A DNA stretch of 64,000 nucleotides. Source: Acanthaster planci. Its lineage: Eukaryota. Position numbers and translations under genes: made by a program. This document shows positions 1-13,816 of the stretch, piece after piece (the first letter of the stretch is position 1; each line of letters begins with the position of its first letter). The stretch spans positions 124,001-188,000 of the forward strand of contig NW_019091356.1 in the NCBI RefSeq assembly GCF_001949145.1. The letters are read 5' to 3'. Under the pieces are notes generated by a model. The model searched no databases. It worked only from the letters and a program-made list of their open reading frames with translations, and had not been told where the DNA came from.

Positions 1-564
1 TATAGGCTGTCTTAAGTAAATGCACAAGCTCATATCCAAGTAAATGCTGAAATTTCTTTAACAGTTCATACATATAACAGTTTAGGCCAGCTTGTCTGCA
101 TTGTTTGTAACTGCCAAGTGAAAAGTGAGATTGTGTGGCCAGCACACCTTCAAGGGAAAAAGCACAAAGAGGTCAGAAAATGTATATGTACTTACATTTT
201 TACTTGGAATTAGAAGCAAATCTCCCATTCCAAATTTCAAAATAATCTGTAGCTTGATCTTTGTCATACAATCTATTTGGAATTGATTTGGGTTAATTCC
301 TTAGTCTAGTGTGAATGTACAAAGTGCAAGTCATAGTAAATTCATGGTTTACCCGAGGCTTTAGACTATTCAAAAGATTTTAACATCTGCCACTTTTTTT
401 TTTTTTGAGAATATTTTGGGCATGAAAAAATGGATAGACAAAAGAACCAATGAATGAGTTGCCCTTGCCAGTCTTTCAACAAGTGTTTGTACAATCACCT
501 GTATCTTCAAATGTTAAAATGTGATTACAATTAGCCTATGCTTTCAACAACTCAAACTTGTTAG

Positions 565-2998
565 ATTTTAGCAGCATTGAAACAGGGAAATGCCTCAAGT
601 ATACAAGAGAGACCAGCCCCTGCACAGCTACAAACAACATATACAACCACCAAGAGAAAAGCAGAGTATGAAATCACCTCAACAGTCTCAGAGAAGAAAC
701 AACTAAAAGAAGCTACTCCAGAAGGTCCTATGAAAGGGTATAAAGAAAAGCAACGTAAATCTGTATTCAGCATAATCCTCTAAATTCATCAGTGTCTTTA
801 ATTGCACTTCAGTGTTTGTTGTAAGGAAGCTAGTGATCGGTTAAGTGGATAAGATGATGTCGAAGACCAGACATAATTTTTTTGCTTTCCTAGTGCAAAT
901 GGCCAAGAGGGTACAACTGTTGATGCTTTGAAGTGTATATTAAAGCAGATCCTAAGAAGGTACCAGTCCTTGCCTACGAACTTTAACTCTTGATATTACC
1001 TTATCTCTGACTTGTACTGTCACAACAGGATTTGGGGGCAAATTGTACTTCTTTGTTTCATAATGCATGCATTCTTTTTTATGAAAAAAGTCTTCCGGCA
1101 GGATTTTTTGACAAGATCAATAGCCCTTCCTCTGTCAGTGCCAAGAAACCACCTAGCAGCTCAGTTGCAGAAGATACAGTTTCATCTTCACTTCCATCTG
1201 GTATGTCTTGAAGTTCCATATGCACTTAACTTATGGGTGGCTCATAAGTACTTTACAGCATAACTTATGTCAGGTTTTGGAGTCGCAATGTTTGTTCCTA
1301 CATATATTCTTTTGTCATTTAAAACATTATTTTATGCTGCATCATTGGAGGAATTTGAATTCCATTTGTGTTGTAGTAGAGTTGTTCATTTGCCACTAAC
1401 ATCTAGATTTCTTGGATTCCGGAACATCCTCTTTAACTGCAACAAAAACTCGTGAAGATGGAGAAGCAAGAACATCAAACTCAACAGCTGACAAAACCAC
1501 AGAAAGGTACATGTACATGTAGGAGATCATTCTGGGTGTGTATTCCATTAATAGACTGCAGAAAGCTCCTCACAAATTTACAAATCTTGCACAACATATC
1601 ATTAGACTAATTGGGTTCTTTTTCTTAACATTCATCATTAATGTATCAAATACATAGTAATTTTATACTTACAATAATTGCAAATATTTCTGTTCCAACA
1701 GAAAACCATCCAGTACTGCCGAGGCTATTCCTGAGGGTTTTTTTGATGACCCAGTTATGGATGCCAAGGTTAGTATATTGAATAAGCCTTTTGCAAGTTA
1801 AAGTTGAATAAAATATGGTACATCTAATTGCACATAAACATAATTTTAATTCCCCAATCTAAAGACACTTGCTATACCTCATGCTTTTGCATACCGACGA
1901 TCATCTCTGGAATGGACTGGTTCCTCTGTGCTATTCTTATCCAATGAAAACAAGTGTATTGGTGCAAGGCATCTCTTATGTAACTAAACAAAAGCACGCC
2001 TTGAGGTATAGTAACAGTATAGTTACCTGGAAAATGGTTGTAGTTGATACTTCAAGCTGTTTTTTTCTTATTTGCAGTTCTTAGTTATTTGTATGATTTT
2101 TACAATGTGGCATGTAGGTACGGAATGTTGAATTGAAAAACACTATGGAAGAGGAATGGAGCAAATTCCAGAAAGAAATGATGGAAGAAAATCAGGTAGG
2201 AGCATTTTTAGTACAGGTCTACGATCAAGTCTGGAGCTAACAGTGACTACATGTACATATTAAATGCACACTAACTTAACACAAATTAAAGTCACTTAAG
2301 CGTGCATAGGTGAAAATATGTGTTGTAAGATCTTGTATATTTTTCCCCAGGTATCTGAGAACATACAAGTTGAAGATGAGGAGGCAGCTCAGGTGGATAG
2401 AAACATTGATGAGATCGATGAGCAGATGTAAGGATCTACCCCAAGAAAGACAAGTGAAACATACAAAAAATACACAATGATGCACACACACAATAACAAG
2501 AGAAAAGCTGCCCTTCCACAAATACTGAATAACAAAATGAATGCACTGTGAAACTTGGTTTGCATTGATTACACGCCTTTCAAATTGTTTACCATTGACA
2601 AAGCCTGGGACAGTACTCCGTCAATGAAAATTAAGGTAAACATCTTGAAAGTTACCCACTCATAATGTTCCAACTCTAACGCTGACATGTCAATCTCTTA
2701 TATTCACCAACTCCAGTAGGTGTACCCCATCCATTTTTGGCTTTGTGCCTTCTGAAAAAAAAAGCAGGAAAATAAAACTCACTTGATTTTTATTATTCTT
2801 CTGAAACTTTCCTCTAGACACTGTTTTGCCAAAGTAGAAGCTCTAAGAGATAGGCAAGAGAGTATACAGTCAGAGTTGGAAGCTAAGAAGTTGCAGCAGC
2901 ATGTAACAAGCAAGGAGAATGAAGAAGGCAGTGGCAGTGCAGATGAGGCAGAGTTTGAGGTTTTTCTGGACTGGAGATCAAAGGGTGCATGGAAATGA
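565..2998 (+). CDS. ZNF830: Zinc finger protein 830 / CCDC16 (spliceosome-associated), 5'-partial; hand-spliced exons 565-737, 1091-1200, 1407-1506, 1702-1768, 2118-2195, 2351-2427, 2818-2998
   Basis: GT-AG exons join in phase to give ...IPEGFFDDPVMDAKVRNVELKNTMEEEWSKFQKEMMEENQVSENIQVEDEEAAQVDRNIDEIDEQIHCFAKVEALRDRQ...FLDWRSKGAWK*, matching the recalled ZNF830 C-terminus (LPEGFFDDP, W.EFQK, EIDEQI.C...VE.LR, DWR.KG). The zinc finger must lie upstream of the window. The donor at 737/738 is the least certain boundary. Confidence 0.9.
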
Positions 2999-4091
2999 GT
3001 TATATTGTATATAGTACAATTATTCGTTCTCTCCTGAAGTCTTATTAAAGTGAATGGCTATCATGATGGTTATTGTCATGGTATATCCATAGTAACCACA
3101 TGGCAGACTTTTGGTTATGTCACCAAAGCAGGTGTCAAAGGACATCAATCCACTTCAGTAAATTCCTCTTGAGGTTAGGTGTCCTAATAGCTGAATGACA
3201 GGCTTTCAATCACTGGTTTTGAAAGCAATAGAAATAGGAAACCGGTAAAAATACTTAGCTTGAACACTGAAAGTAAGTCTAGTTGCTACATCTGAAAAAA
3301 GATACTTCTCTGAGTTGGGTAATAGAAACTTTTAAAGTTTCTCTCGATTCTACCAAACAAAGGTTTAAGCACCTGTAAACTTGATACATGTTACTCTGAT
3401 AATAGTTTATTTTGTTATTTTAGATCGTATATTTCCCTTCAATTATCTAAGGAAGACTTTCATTTGAAAAATGGCAATACATGTATTGTTTGCAGGTTGC
3501 ATGGATGTAAACAGGCATATTCTTTGAGGAAAATCAAACCACTTGCATTTAAAGCACACAAAGTATAGTGTCCTTGCATAATTTTATTGTAAATGAATTA
3601 GAATATTAAAAAGCACACAGCTGTGATTTTCAACTACATATGTATATTTGTGTATATATATGTCGTTGACAATCACAATTAAACTATCACCATATAATTT
3701 ATTGTTGTCAATATATAGAAAAATCAGTATTTGCATGCTTTGTACACTTTCAAAAATCTTTTTTAATTTAAAAATATAAATCCTGTAAAGTTATCTTTTA
3801 ATTTGAGTTCTATTTTTCAAATCCCCAAAGTTCCTCATCATCCAACAGTTCACAAATATGATTATATTGCACCAATTACTTTAGCCCAAACCGTTATAAC
3901 AAAGGCACCAAAAATTCAATGACAACTTCACTTTGAGACTTCAACACCTTGAAAACTGAAGTACATGTACCTAAGACATAACCAAGACGAGTTCTAGTCA
4001 CATGACATACGGAAATAGCTGAGAACAAGTCTAACAATTCTTGCTATTTGTGGCCAATGGTGGATAATTTGTTTACCAATAACATTTAAGT

Positions 4092-7000
4092 TTACTGTCC
4101 CTGGATAACAGACACATCATCCCCTACTCGGAGAGTAGTTCCTTCAAAGGATGCTTCATCTTGTAGTAGGTGAATACCAAAAGGAACCTGCCGAGCATAC
4201 AAGTTGATGATCAATAGACAATATAATAGACAGAAGCAAATGGTGGAACTGCACACTTGAATTAACATGTACACGTACATACCCTGCCATATCAAGTTGT
4301 AAAATTCACTTTTACCCCCACACAAATAGCGCCAAAATTTTGGTTGACAACAGAGAAAACTATGTGCGCACCATATACCATCAATTCCTGCATTCATACA
4401 TGATAAAGGTGGGCATCAATTCTTCAACGGAAATCATAAAATTTTGAAAGACAAAGTGCTTGTCATATTCTGTTATTTTTTTACCAGGCTGCTACAACTG
4501 CTGCAAGAAGATCACTTTATTTTTCAAGCTACTTTATTTAGTATCTCTTCTCTAACTTTAGAGAATTTGTGTCTTTCTACAATAATCACATTATGTAAAA
4601 CAGGGTTTTCATTTCATACCTTTTTTCCTCTAAAGAAGGACAGTGTCAGCAATGGTTCTGTGCTTCTCTTTGCTGTATTCTGGTCCACACAGACCATCTG
4701 ACATCGAACGCAAGCTCCTGCAACCTTAGAAAACACACAAAGAAATTACATTCCACTCGTTATAATGAAAGCTTGGATTAGTTAAATTGCGTGTTTTAAC
4801 AAGAACCTTGTAATAAAAATAATGGGAAAACAAGAAAGACTTTAGAGATATGAGACTTTGCTGCTAAATAACAGTGTTTTTACCAACTGATCAACATAAG
4901 TTTTGTAAAATGCAATTAAGTAGGACAAAATACATATTAAGGCTGTAATGTAGTCTCAAAGTAATCTTAAATCAAACAAACAGTAATAATTTCAAAGAAT
5001 ACATGCCTCTAAAATGTTCAAATTATTTATGCCTATTGCTCAAAAAAATTCCTATCAATTTAAACTTACTGTAAACAAATGACTTCCAATTTGTATCTTC
5101 TTCCATTCATCCTCATCAAAGGCCTCCCATCCATCAATCACCAGGTTTCCACGAAACCGGCCAATCAACTCCTCTGTATGTAGATTGAGCCCCTTCCCTT
5201 TCTCTGTACTTAATGGAAACTCTGCAGTGATCGGTTCAAACGGATCACTTCTGTTTTCAGATGGGTTTATGATTGGCTGGTTGGTATATCTTTCACCAAT
5301 GGCTTTACGTAGAGACTGAGCACTGGATCTACACAGCAGAGTGAATGGAGATTCATTGACAAGGGAGAGATGGCTTCTAGTAACACTTGCAGCATCTACA
5401 ATGGTACAAAGAACCAAATGTATACTTCAGGTACATGTAAACTGTATTTAAAAACTACTAGACATCTTGCGTACAAACTGACAAAGTCATCTTCTCAAGC
5501 TTATGACAGGACTAAGTCATAATTCCATATATCCCACAGCTCTTGATTTCTACTGACAAAAGTACAAGTAATGAAAAAGTTAAAAGTCATCCTGTACAAA
5601 GTTTGAATAAACTTACTCAAGTTTTAATACATGTATGTTCACAACAATAAAACAAACTAAAAGCATACTAAAAGTTGTTTTCTTAAGAGCACAAAACTGG
5701 ATGCAACTGTGCATGCATGAATACCTTTCACAAGTTTGCAGTTTCGCTCAAATTCTGGATTCTGTTGGAGGAGACGACACTTCTTCCCTAAGGCATCTGA
5801 CAACCAGTTAGCAACTGTATCACCACAGTCTAATGTCTGCACTCTGATTAAAACAGGACCCACACTGAAATTACTCGCACCGCATGTGTTTCCTGTGTCA
5901 TGTTAGTCATTCTAACCATATTAAGCACTTCCCTTATGACTCCTTCAGCACCACCATACATCTTTGTCATTATTTGTTCTTTTTCAGAAAAGAGGTATTA
6001 TGGCTATTTAAAGATTCTGAAATATGGCTAATTTCTGACTAGAAGATTGTCAATTTTGTCAACTGACTGGAACATTTTAGCCTCAAACATTACAACAACT
6101 TTTAATAGACCGACTCCATCCGCTAAATCATGTGACCTATAGTAAGTACGTAGGTAAGTGGGTAGTTCTGATGACCAACAGTGGTTACCCACCACATACA
6201 GGCATCCATGAGAAATAGATAAAATCTCTGAATTAAATAACGTTCAAATAAAACAATTATACAAATAACCATAAAAATTAAAACACATCCTAAACTTAGC
6301 AAGTCTTAAAACACTAGTAGAGGGCTGAAAAAGAGTAGGATATGCATGTACAAACAGGGCTCCGTAGAGAAACACAACAGGAAGGGGGTAGGGGCAACAA
6401 AGGGGGAAGGAGGGAAAGGCAAAGGATGAACAGCACATGTACATGGAACATGGCTATGTGAACAAAGAACTGACGCAAGGGGGACAAAACACAAGGGATA
6501 AACATGGGGGAGACCAGACAGGATTCAAAGTTGAATAGTGGAGTTGTGAGGGCCAAAAAGGGGATTAAAGGCCATTGGGGTTAAAGGGCATCAACCCCAT
6601 ACATCAACCTGTGTTTTGAGTGTTGTTTAAAAACAGCAAAGTTACAGTATAGTACCCAGCACATCAGTAGTCTAAGTACAGTACCCCCTGTCGGCTTTCT
6701 TTTTGGTAATGATACATAATGATAATTATAAAATACTTTGCTTTTGGTGGATGCCATGTTTGTTGACTTAGCCGGCACAATTGGTCTATTACAGTTTGAA
6801 TGATAAATGCATTCATGTTTGAATGATTTTGGTTCAATTTAATATGCAAATTATCATTATTTGCTCACCTGTCAAAGCATACTTTACTCTGACAATGTAT
6901 CTTGGAAGATGGATTGCTACTTATCTCAGATCTGACATCAACAGGCACTCTGATGGGTGACAGTCCTAGGATGGTATATAAACCATTCACAGCAGCAGAA

Positions 7001-10000
7001 TTAAAAGTGTGTTCATGTGCTACGGTAATTGTTTCACCATGTACTACGTACGTAAAGATTATTCAGACAGAGAGGCTCACATAATAGCTAGGAATGCTGT
7101 CTGGGAGCAAAGTCCTGGAAAACACATGTTCCAACCAAGATTATTGTTAAAGCATAAACAGTGTCACTGACTGAGAACAGCTTTTTAAATATGGCATAAA
7201 TAGAGCAGGCTGCCTACCACATGCTGGACCAGAGAAGTACATGTATCTTACCTTGACATTGTAGCCACAGGCACCTGTTATTCAGATCAACAACAGGTTT
7301 AATAAGGCACAGTCGCTCCTCCCTCTTTTGACTAAGACACACCCCATTCTCATTCACCACCATCCAATGTCTGTCATACAGTAATCCCTTTGAACCTATC
7401 TGCCATTCACTAACCTACGTGTACACACAGTCAACAAAACAATCAATCAGTACAGCCATACAGTGCATGCTCTTCAATAACCAATGCCTGTAAATTCATC
7501 AAACTTTTCTTTCCATCGACGTACAGTATGAAGGAAATGGTACTATACAACTACAGTTTGAATAACTGTGGGAAATTTGCATGGCGTCATACAGTCCGTG
7601 TTTTCACTTATGCCACCATACTGGCTGTCAAGCACATGCATGGTAAATACACAAACAAGCACAGTTCGTTCGATGTTGCTGTAAAATGGTGAAGGTTTGC
7701 TGTGCCGTAGGGTGCTACAATCATGAAGATACTTAAAAAAATCACAACATAAGTGTTACTGACATTCTTACAAACTCCCAGTTCCTTCACAAATCCAGCA
7801 ACAAAGTATTTGTAGGCTTCCAATCTCTTGTAGTTTTTCAGTGATTGATGAGTGTTGGCTTGACAGCTAATATGGCAGGCGAGTTGAAAGTCATGTGACA
7901 ACGTGACATCAGTGAATAACCTCTACACTCTGTTGATAATTTGACAGATGCCCTACATTACTGCACTGGATCACTGTCCAGTTTAAGCTCACCTCAAATG
8001 CTCCACATGATTTCACTGGATACAGGAAGATATTGGTCAACACTTTCTTGCCAGATGGTATGATCTTCTTTACCACCATACTAGGTAGGCTGATACTAGT
8101 AGGACTAGTGATGCAAGACTGCTGACTATTATCTCTTAGCTCGTCTAGCTCAGACTTAACATCATGTGTTTGACTTGGGTTATCGTTCTGTGAGCTGCTA
8201 GGAAACTGGTCCTTGATGGAATTCACATCTTGATCAGATGTCTGCTCTTTCACTGCATAACTGTTAACTTCTTTGGTTGAGTCAGTTTGATTTGATTTCT
8301 CCATGAAGCATTCTTCCACAAAGCTAAGAAACTTATTAGCATCAGCAAGAGTGGACATGTAGCCAAATGAGATGCGAACTGATCCAGTTGGTTGGCCAGA
8401 GATAATGTCCACCTCATCACCACAAACATGCCCTGTCTGAAATCAGCCAACAAATCAGTGCCATGGAAGAACATGATGCCATTTAGCAACAAAAGAAAAT
8501 CAAGGATGTGTACGTCTCCACGAAAAACACAACAAAGTCAGATCAACTCTAGATGTTATGAACATGGGTACAGATTTTTAGGGACCATCCTGATAATTGG
8601 CTGATATTTTTCCCAATTAACTTGAACAATTTATCAGCGAATCCAAGGGAATCCCATTACTACAGTGGCATGACACTTTCATGCCTAGTGCTCACATTCT
8701 TCAACTTTAGGCTCATGAGCACATTGGCAAGTCACAACATCCTTGACACTACTAGTCAACAAAGCATTAGATGCATACAACCTTTACATGGTATGACCCA
8801 AGAAATAACTTCAAATTCTTTCTACTGTATTTGTCTATACCTGGAAATTGCTGAGCACCTGTTCATCTGTTAAGTCAAGGTGTCTTTGGCATGCTCCCGT
8901 ATTGCAGAAACACCCTGTACGCAGATGGATACCATGTAGTGATGCAAGCTTCTCAATCTTAAGGGAAAAAAGAATATGCCAGATTGCACAAAGTTCTTGG
9001 CAAAGTCACACAAGAGAGAGCTTAATAGTTTAAGAAGGACGCTGATTCTTACAAATCATCGTGTCAGTGCAACAAGGTCATAACTCGCAGTTGTTTTGCA
9101 CACAAGATACGAAATCGGAGGTCCACATTTTCATTTCCAAAGCATAACATATGAAGACCAAGAAAAGATGATGTGAAGCAATATGCTCAAAGTGTCATTG
9201 TAAGATCTTCGTCATAACTTTCTCACACTTCTTACCTGTGTGTAGCCAATAAACTCTCCAGTAGATCTCAGCAACAGGAAGTTAACTACTGGTCCTTGTT
9301 GCTCCTTATTCTCAAAGTCATTGTCACAGAACAGGTTGGCAACAGGTTGGCCATTGGCATGGCGATAAGAAGACATCTTGTGGTGGACATATTTTGCAAG
9401 AGTGAAGGTGTGGTCAGAGATGGAGCACATGTTTCCTGAGTTTCAATGGAAACAAGTTCAAAGAAACAGCAAGAGTGGTTATATGTGTAAATTTTACAAC
9501 CTGTTATTTTTCTGCAGAAGAAACTGTTGACCCATGTAACTATTAAGGAAAGACAAAACCATGTCTAACAAAAAAGCCAAAACAGTTCTCAAAAAACTAG
9601 TTTTTCAATAACATGTAAAAACCTAAAAGGTATAAAAGCTAATATGAGGGGATAACTTTCTGTTTTTGCAATTACTGACAGACAGTTATCTGTATATCAA
9701 GCTTATTTGGAAATTGCTTGATCAAATTTCTCTCACGTTTAACTTGGGCAACTAAATTATCTCCCAAAACCTCCATACATCTATACATACCTGCTAGTCT
9801 TTCAAGGGTATCAAAACCATGCTTCAAGGCAATGATGTCCAAGAAGGGTAGGGTCCCATCTTCATAACTGGTACATAGCAAAAAAAAATTAAAACCACAT
9901 CTTATTGATGTCATTTATAAGTATGATAGATACTTTATAATCTCACATATTTTGAATGCACATTTGCTTCGGCTGGGACATAGGAAGGTAACATTAGCAA

Positions 10001-13000
10001 AGATCTGTAACCAGAGTTAAGGATTGAGCAGGTCATTGTCAATACATGTAGTTGAGTCATACTTACTGGTCTGTGAGACTTGATTTGGGGACACTAAACT
10101 GATGTTGTGCTAGATAAGCCTGCACAGTGCCACCTCCAAAGTAACTCTTGTGTAGAAAGTGAGCAGAATCATTCCTCACAATCAGAGCCCCAAGGCCAGT
10201 TGGAAATCCAAACATCTTGTAGAAGGAGATGGCAATGAAATCTGCCTCACACTCTGACAGATCTAGAGGAGATGTGCTAACAAGAGATGCTGCATCAAGA
10301 ACAACAGCCCAGTGGTCTAAGGGGCTTAAATCAGAACTACTTATGACTTCACTGGCCAGTTCAAGAGGATACTTGACACCAGAGAAATTTGACTGAGCAG
10401 GGTATGCAAACAGACAATTCCTTGGTCCTTCCTTGACTACAAAACAATTCTCTGGGTGATTACATGAACTACAAAGTTCTTGAAAACACTTTCCAGACAT
10501 TCTAATCAGAATGTCAGTGTTGCCTTTGATATCTTGGTATGTGATGCAAAACACATCTACACCTTTTGATTTAGCAATTTCCCGCATCCCAACGACAGAT
10601 GTATGATTGTCCAAGAGGTAGCAGAAAAGCCCTGCTTTTCGCATTGTATTCTGGGAAAGGTGTTTTTGCATTGCATGCTGGGAGCACATCAACTGCACTT
10701 TATCCTGTGATGAGTTGCTGATGACTTGGTATGAATACTGGTTGAGATTTTCAGGGAGTACACTTGTGTATGACAGTTGTGAGACATTGCCGAGTTGTTT
10801 CAAGCAAGACTGGACTTCTGGATTTTCTGGACTTTGGCTACTACTTGACTTTGGTGTTGTTTCTTCAAGCTGAGATAGGTGGTTGTGACAAGCCCAGTCA
10901 AAATTGTCAGCAAGGAGTTTAAGTGCTGCTGTGCATCCCGCGGTGAAGATGACAGAATGAAATTCTGGAGACGTGTTAAAATGTTGCAATATTCTGCAGG
11001 TACATGATAAACAAGTTAAACCAAAATCTGATTAGCGATTAACTAATTTATGTGGCTTGATGTGGAGATTAGCGATCAAGATGACAAATATGAAATTTCT
11101 CTATTATACATGTAATACATTTAATGATAAGAATAGTAATTCTTTAAAAACGCTTTCCAATGTCACAGACATCACAAAGCACTGTACAGTGAAAATTTAC
11201 AGGTTATTAACAGATACAGATAAAAGCAGTCAGAAAAAAAACCAAATGAAATTTAAAATTACTTCAGCGCTAACATTTACTGGTGTAATAGCTTACCCTG
11301 GTATGAGTGTAACGTAAGAGACATTGATGATACAATGAAGTTTCCTGTAAGCCAAATTTTAAGTGTGCTGGATGGTTTAAACAAAGTTAAGATTAATAAA
11401 TGTTTGTGCACACAAGTACCTGTAGCGGACTTGTTCTATGGTGTCTGTGCTGAGTTTACTGCTAGCGCATGGACTGTGTGGATTACCATAAACATGACTC
11501 ATAAGATCTTGTTGCACAGAAGCTAGCTGACTTTTTGCATAAAGGGTTGCTCCTGCATGATCCAAGTAAGTTATATCTGTGATTGGTAAAACATCATCAA
11601 GGTTATCAACAAATCAATCCAGATCCAAAACCTACCGGATAAGATACATGTACATGTGTTTGCAGTTTGCAAAGTCACCTTTGTACAAGAATATAATTTT
11701 CTAATAAACTCACAAAACGATCAGAGATACAATCATGTTGATGTGAGTTTTTTTTACAATTATCTGCCAAGTTTAAACACAAAGTTACAAGAGTACTTGT
11801 ATGCGGTCTGAAAATTGTGAAATATTGCTTCAGAATCTACAGCTTGTCAGTGGAGAACTTTCAAGCACAGGTCTTTGAATGACTGTATGCAAAATGTGTA
11901 ACAACATTAAAAGCTGCCACCTAATCTATGAGCAACAATGTCAGTTTTTAAAAGAGAATTCAAGCATTGAGAAATCTTTGATTTAACTTGTTTCACCTAC
12001 CTGAAAGTCCAGGAAATTCCTGTTTTCTGATGTTTTCAATGTTGCTATTATAGCCATCCATAGTTTCCTTCAGTAAGAAAAGCAAATCATTTACATGTAC
12101 AAGTAGGTCCAGATTTTGACCACTGTATGAAAATGTATTATGGCTGTAGTCAGCAATATTTGAGTGCAGGACAATTTAGTAAAGGGAGACAGAAGACCGG
12201 AGACCGGAGTTTCACAGGTTATGACCAAGGGTCCAGGGGCCCACTTAAGGGAACTAATCATTTTTTGGGTGAGTTTTTCTTTCCAAATTGATAATGGGTG
12301 CAAATTTTTTTAATTTTTCCAAGTGAAATATGAAATTTTCATAACAAATTTTTTTTTGGAAGGGGGGAATTTTTAAGGATTTTTATGCCGGTCGGCGGGC
12401 AGTTTCACCAAGCTTAGTGCTGGACAGTAGAATACTGTGGTGTAGATCCCTGACCGGTGTAGCTACATGTACATGTACATGTATAACAATAGTTGTACAT
12501 TTACATGTTTACCCTACGAATAAAACCATTTGCAACTGCAATGGGTATGAACCAGAGAAGCAGCTCCATGGATACCACACAAAGGAGTAAAAAAACAGAA
12601 ATTACTTGTTTTCTAAAAAACAGAAGATGAACCATGGACATGGTTGAACACAGTACCTGTTGCCTGTTTAATAATGTAAGTCTACTTGAGTCTGCTCCTT
12701 TGGATGGGGTTTCAAAACACAACATCAAGTCATTGGCTTTGGTGGGTGAAGTACTTACAGTAATCACATGGATTCTACTATCGCAAGATGAATTAAAAAA
12801 ATGGCAGTTTGTAGAATCGTAACCTTGCACAATGCTGGCAAGATTGATTACTACATGTAGAGTATTGGTCTTATGAGAAGACCCTTACATGTACTTTGGA
12901 GTGGATTCTGCCGAGAGATATTTCTAGACTTTCTATGACAATGTACTGCATCTCTTTCAACCACCTCTTTCACTAGCAGCTAAGAAAACATGGGAAAAGA

Positions 13001-13816
13001 GGCAGTCTAAATGAACTGTGTACGGAACGTTCATTTGTAAGTCAAGACCTTGTAAGTTATGGCAGCCATCAAGTAAGTTTTCTTACAACATTCCGGCCTC
13101 CCAAATCTGCTTCCTTATATCAAGCTAAAGGGCCAAAGGTATTACCTTAGGTCAAAACACAAATGGCCTACTGTCTGTACTCACAGACAATAGGCCGTAT
13201 TCACTGGTATTAACTGTTACAGTATAGTATACAGAGAGAGTCCCCTAATTCTATCTGACAATAATCGTAATGTCTGATAGCCACACTGGGCTACCATTCT
13301 TGTTAAATTTACACGAATGACTCCATGAGTTTCACTACTTCAACTCTATAAGGCTTGCACCCTCTTTACAAACAGGCAGAGCAAATGTTACGAAACCCTA
13401 TTATAGTATTATAATACACCATACCACAGTGACTGATATTGATAAGCGGGCAGTACTAGCCTGCGTATTGAATTTACCATGGATACCGGATACTGTCAGT
13501 GGTAGTGCCACGAGAACGCAACAACATCCAAGTAGAGCATCCAGGGATTTTGTTATCCAAGACCAGGCATTAAAGCTTACCTCTCAGCATACTCTCAAAC
13601 TGCAGCAGTAGGCACAAACGGAATTCTAAGAAGCTGACGTCTGGTCATTACCAGTCATGCAAGGACTTCACCATAGTACTACACATGTACTATCAGTAGA
13701 TCATACATGCATACATAATACTTGGGCATGTACATGTACATTGATAATGTCAATGACAACAGCGCCCTCCGCTGGTATTTGAGACAAACTCACCAGCAGT
13801 TTCCCTCGTCGCCCAT
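4092..13816 (-). CDS. MOCOS: Molybdenum cofactor sulfurase (NifS-like PLP domain + MOSC domain). Secure exons: 12001-12067, 11420-11576, 10067-10993, 9791-9867, 9236-9435, 8841-8957, 7993-8436, 7252-7414, 6869-6965, 5725-5843, 5069-5395, 4620-4724, 4092-4187; tentative 5' exons 13794-13816 (ATG) and 12759-12834; alternative ATG at 12061
   Basis: Motifs YLDHAGATLY, YGNPHS, DNHTSVVGMR, AYPAQSNFSG, SFYKMFGFPTGLGAL (PLP lysine), FGGGT, EDGTLPF, LRTGCFCNTGAC (catalytic Cys), GSVRISFGYMST, YPVKSCGA, DRHWMVV, RFRGNLVIDG, CVRCQMVCVDQ; all introns GT-AG with consistent phase. The two most 5' exons are supported only by splice sites and frame. Confidence 0.95.
7746..7870 (-). mobile_element. Remnant of a SWIM/YqaJ-exonuclease-type transposon ORF (ISL2EU/Harbinger-related) in a MOCOS intron
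   Basis: Translation THQSLKNYKRLEAYKYFVAGFVKEL resembles the recalled motif 'LKNYKSLEAYN(F/Y)FVSGWV' of invertebrate YqaJ/SWIM transposon proteins; short, no termini recognised. Confidence 0.5.

Noticed and set aside
894..959. Possible extra ZNF830 exon (AG at ~892, GT at ~960)
   Set aside because: Not needed for frame between 737 and 1091 and no recognisable similarity; could be a minor cassette but unsupported.
6244..6600. Purine-rich stretch giving several overlapping minus-strand ORFs
   Set aside because: Low-complexity MOCOS intron sequence; flanking exons splice in phase without it.
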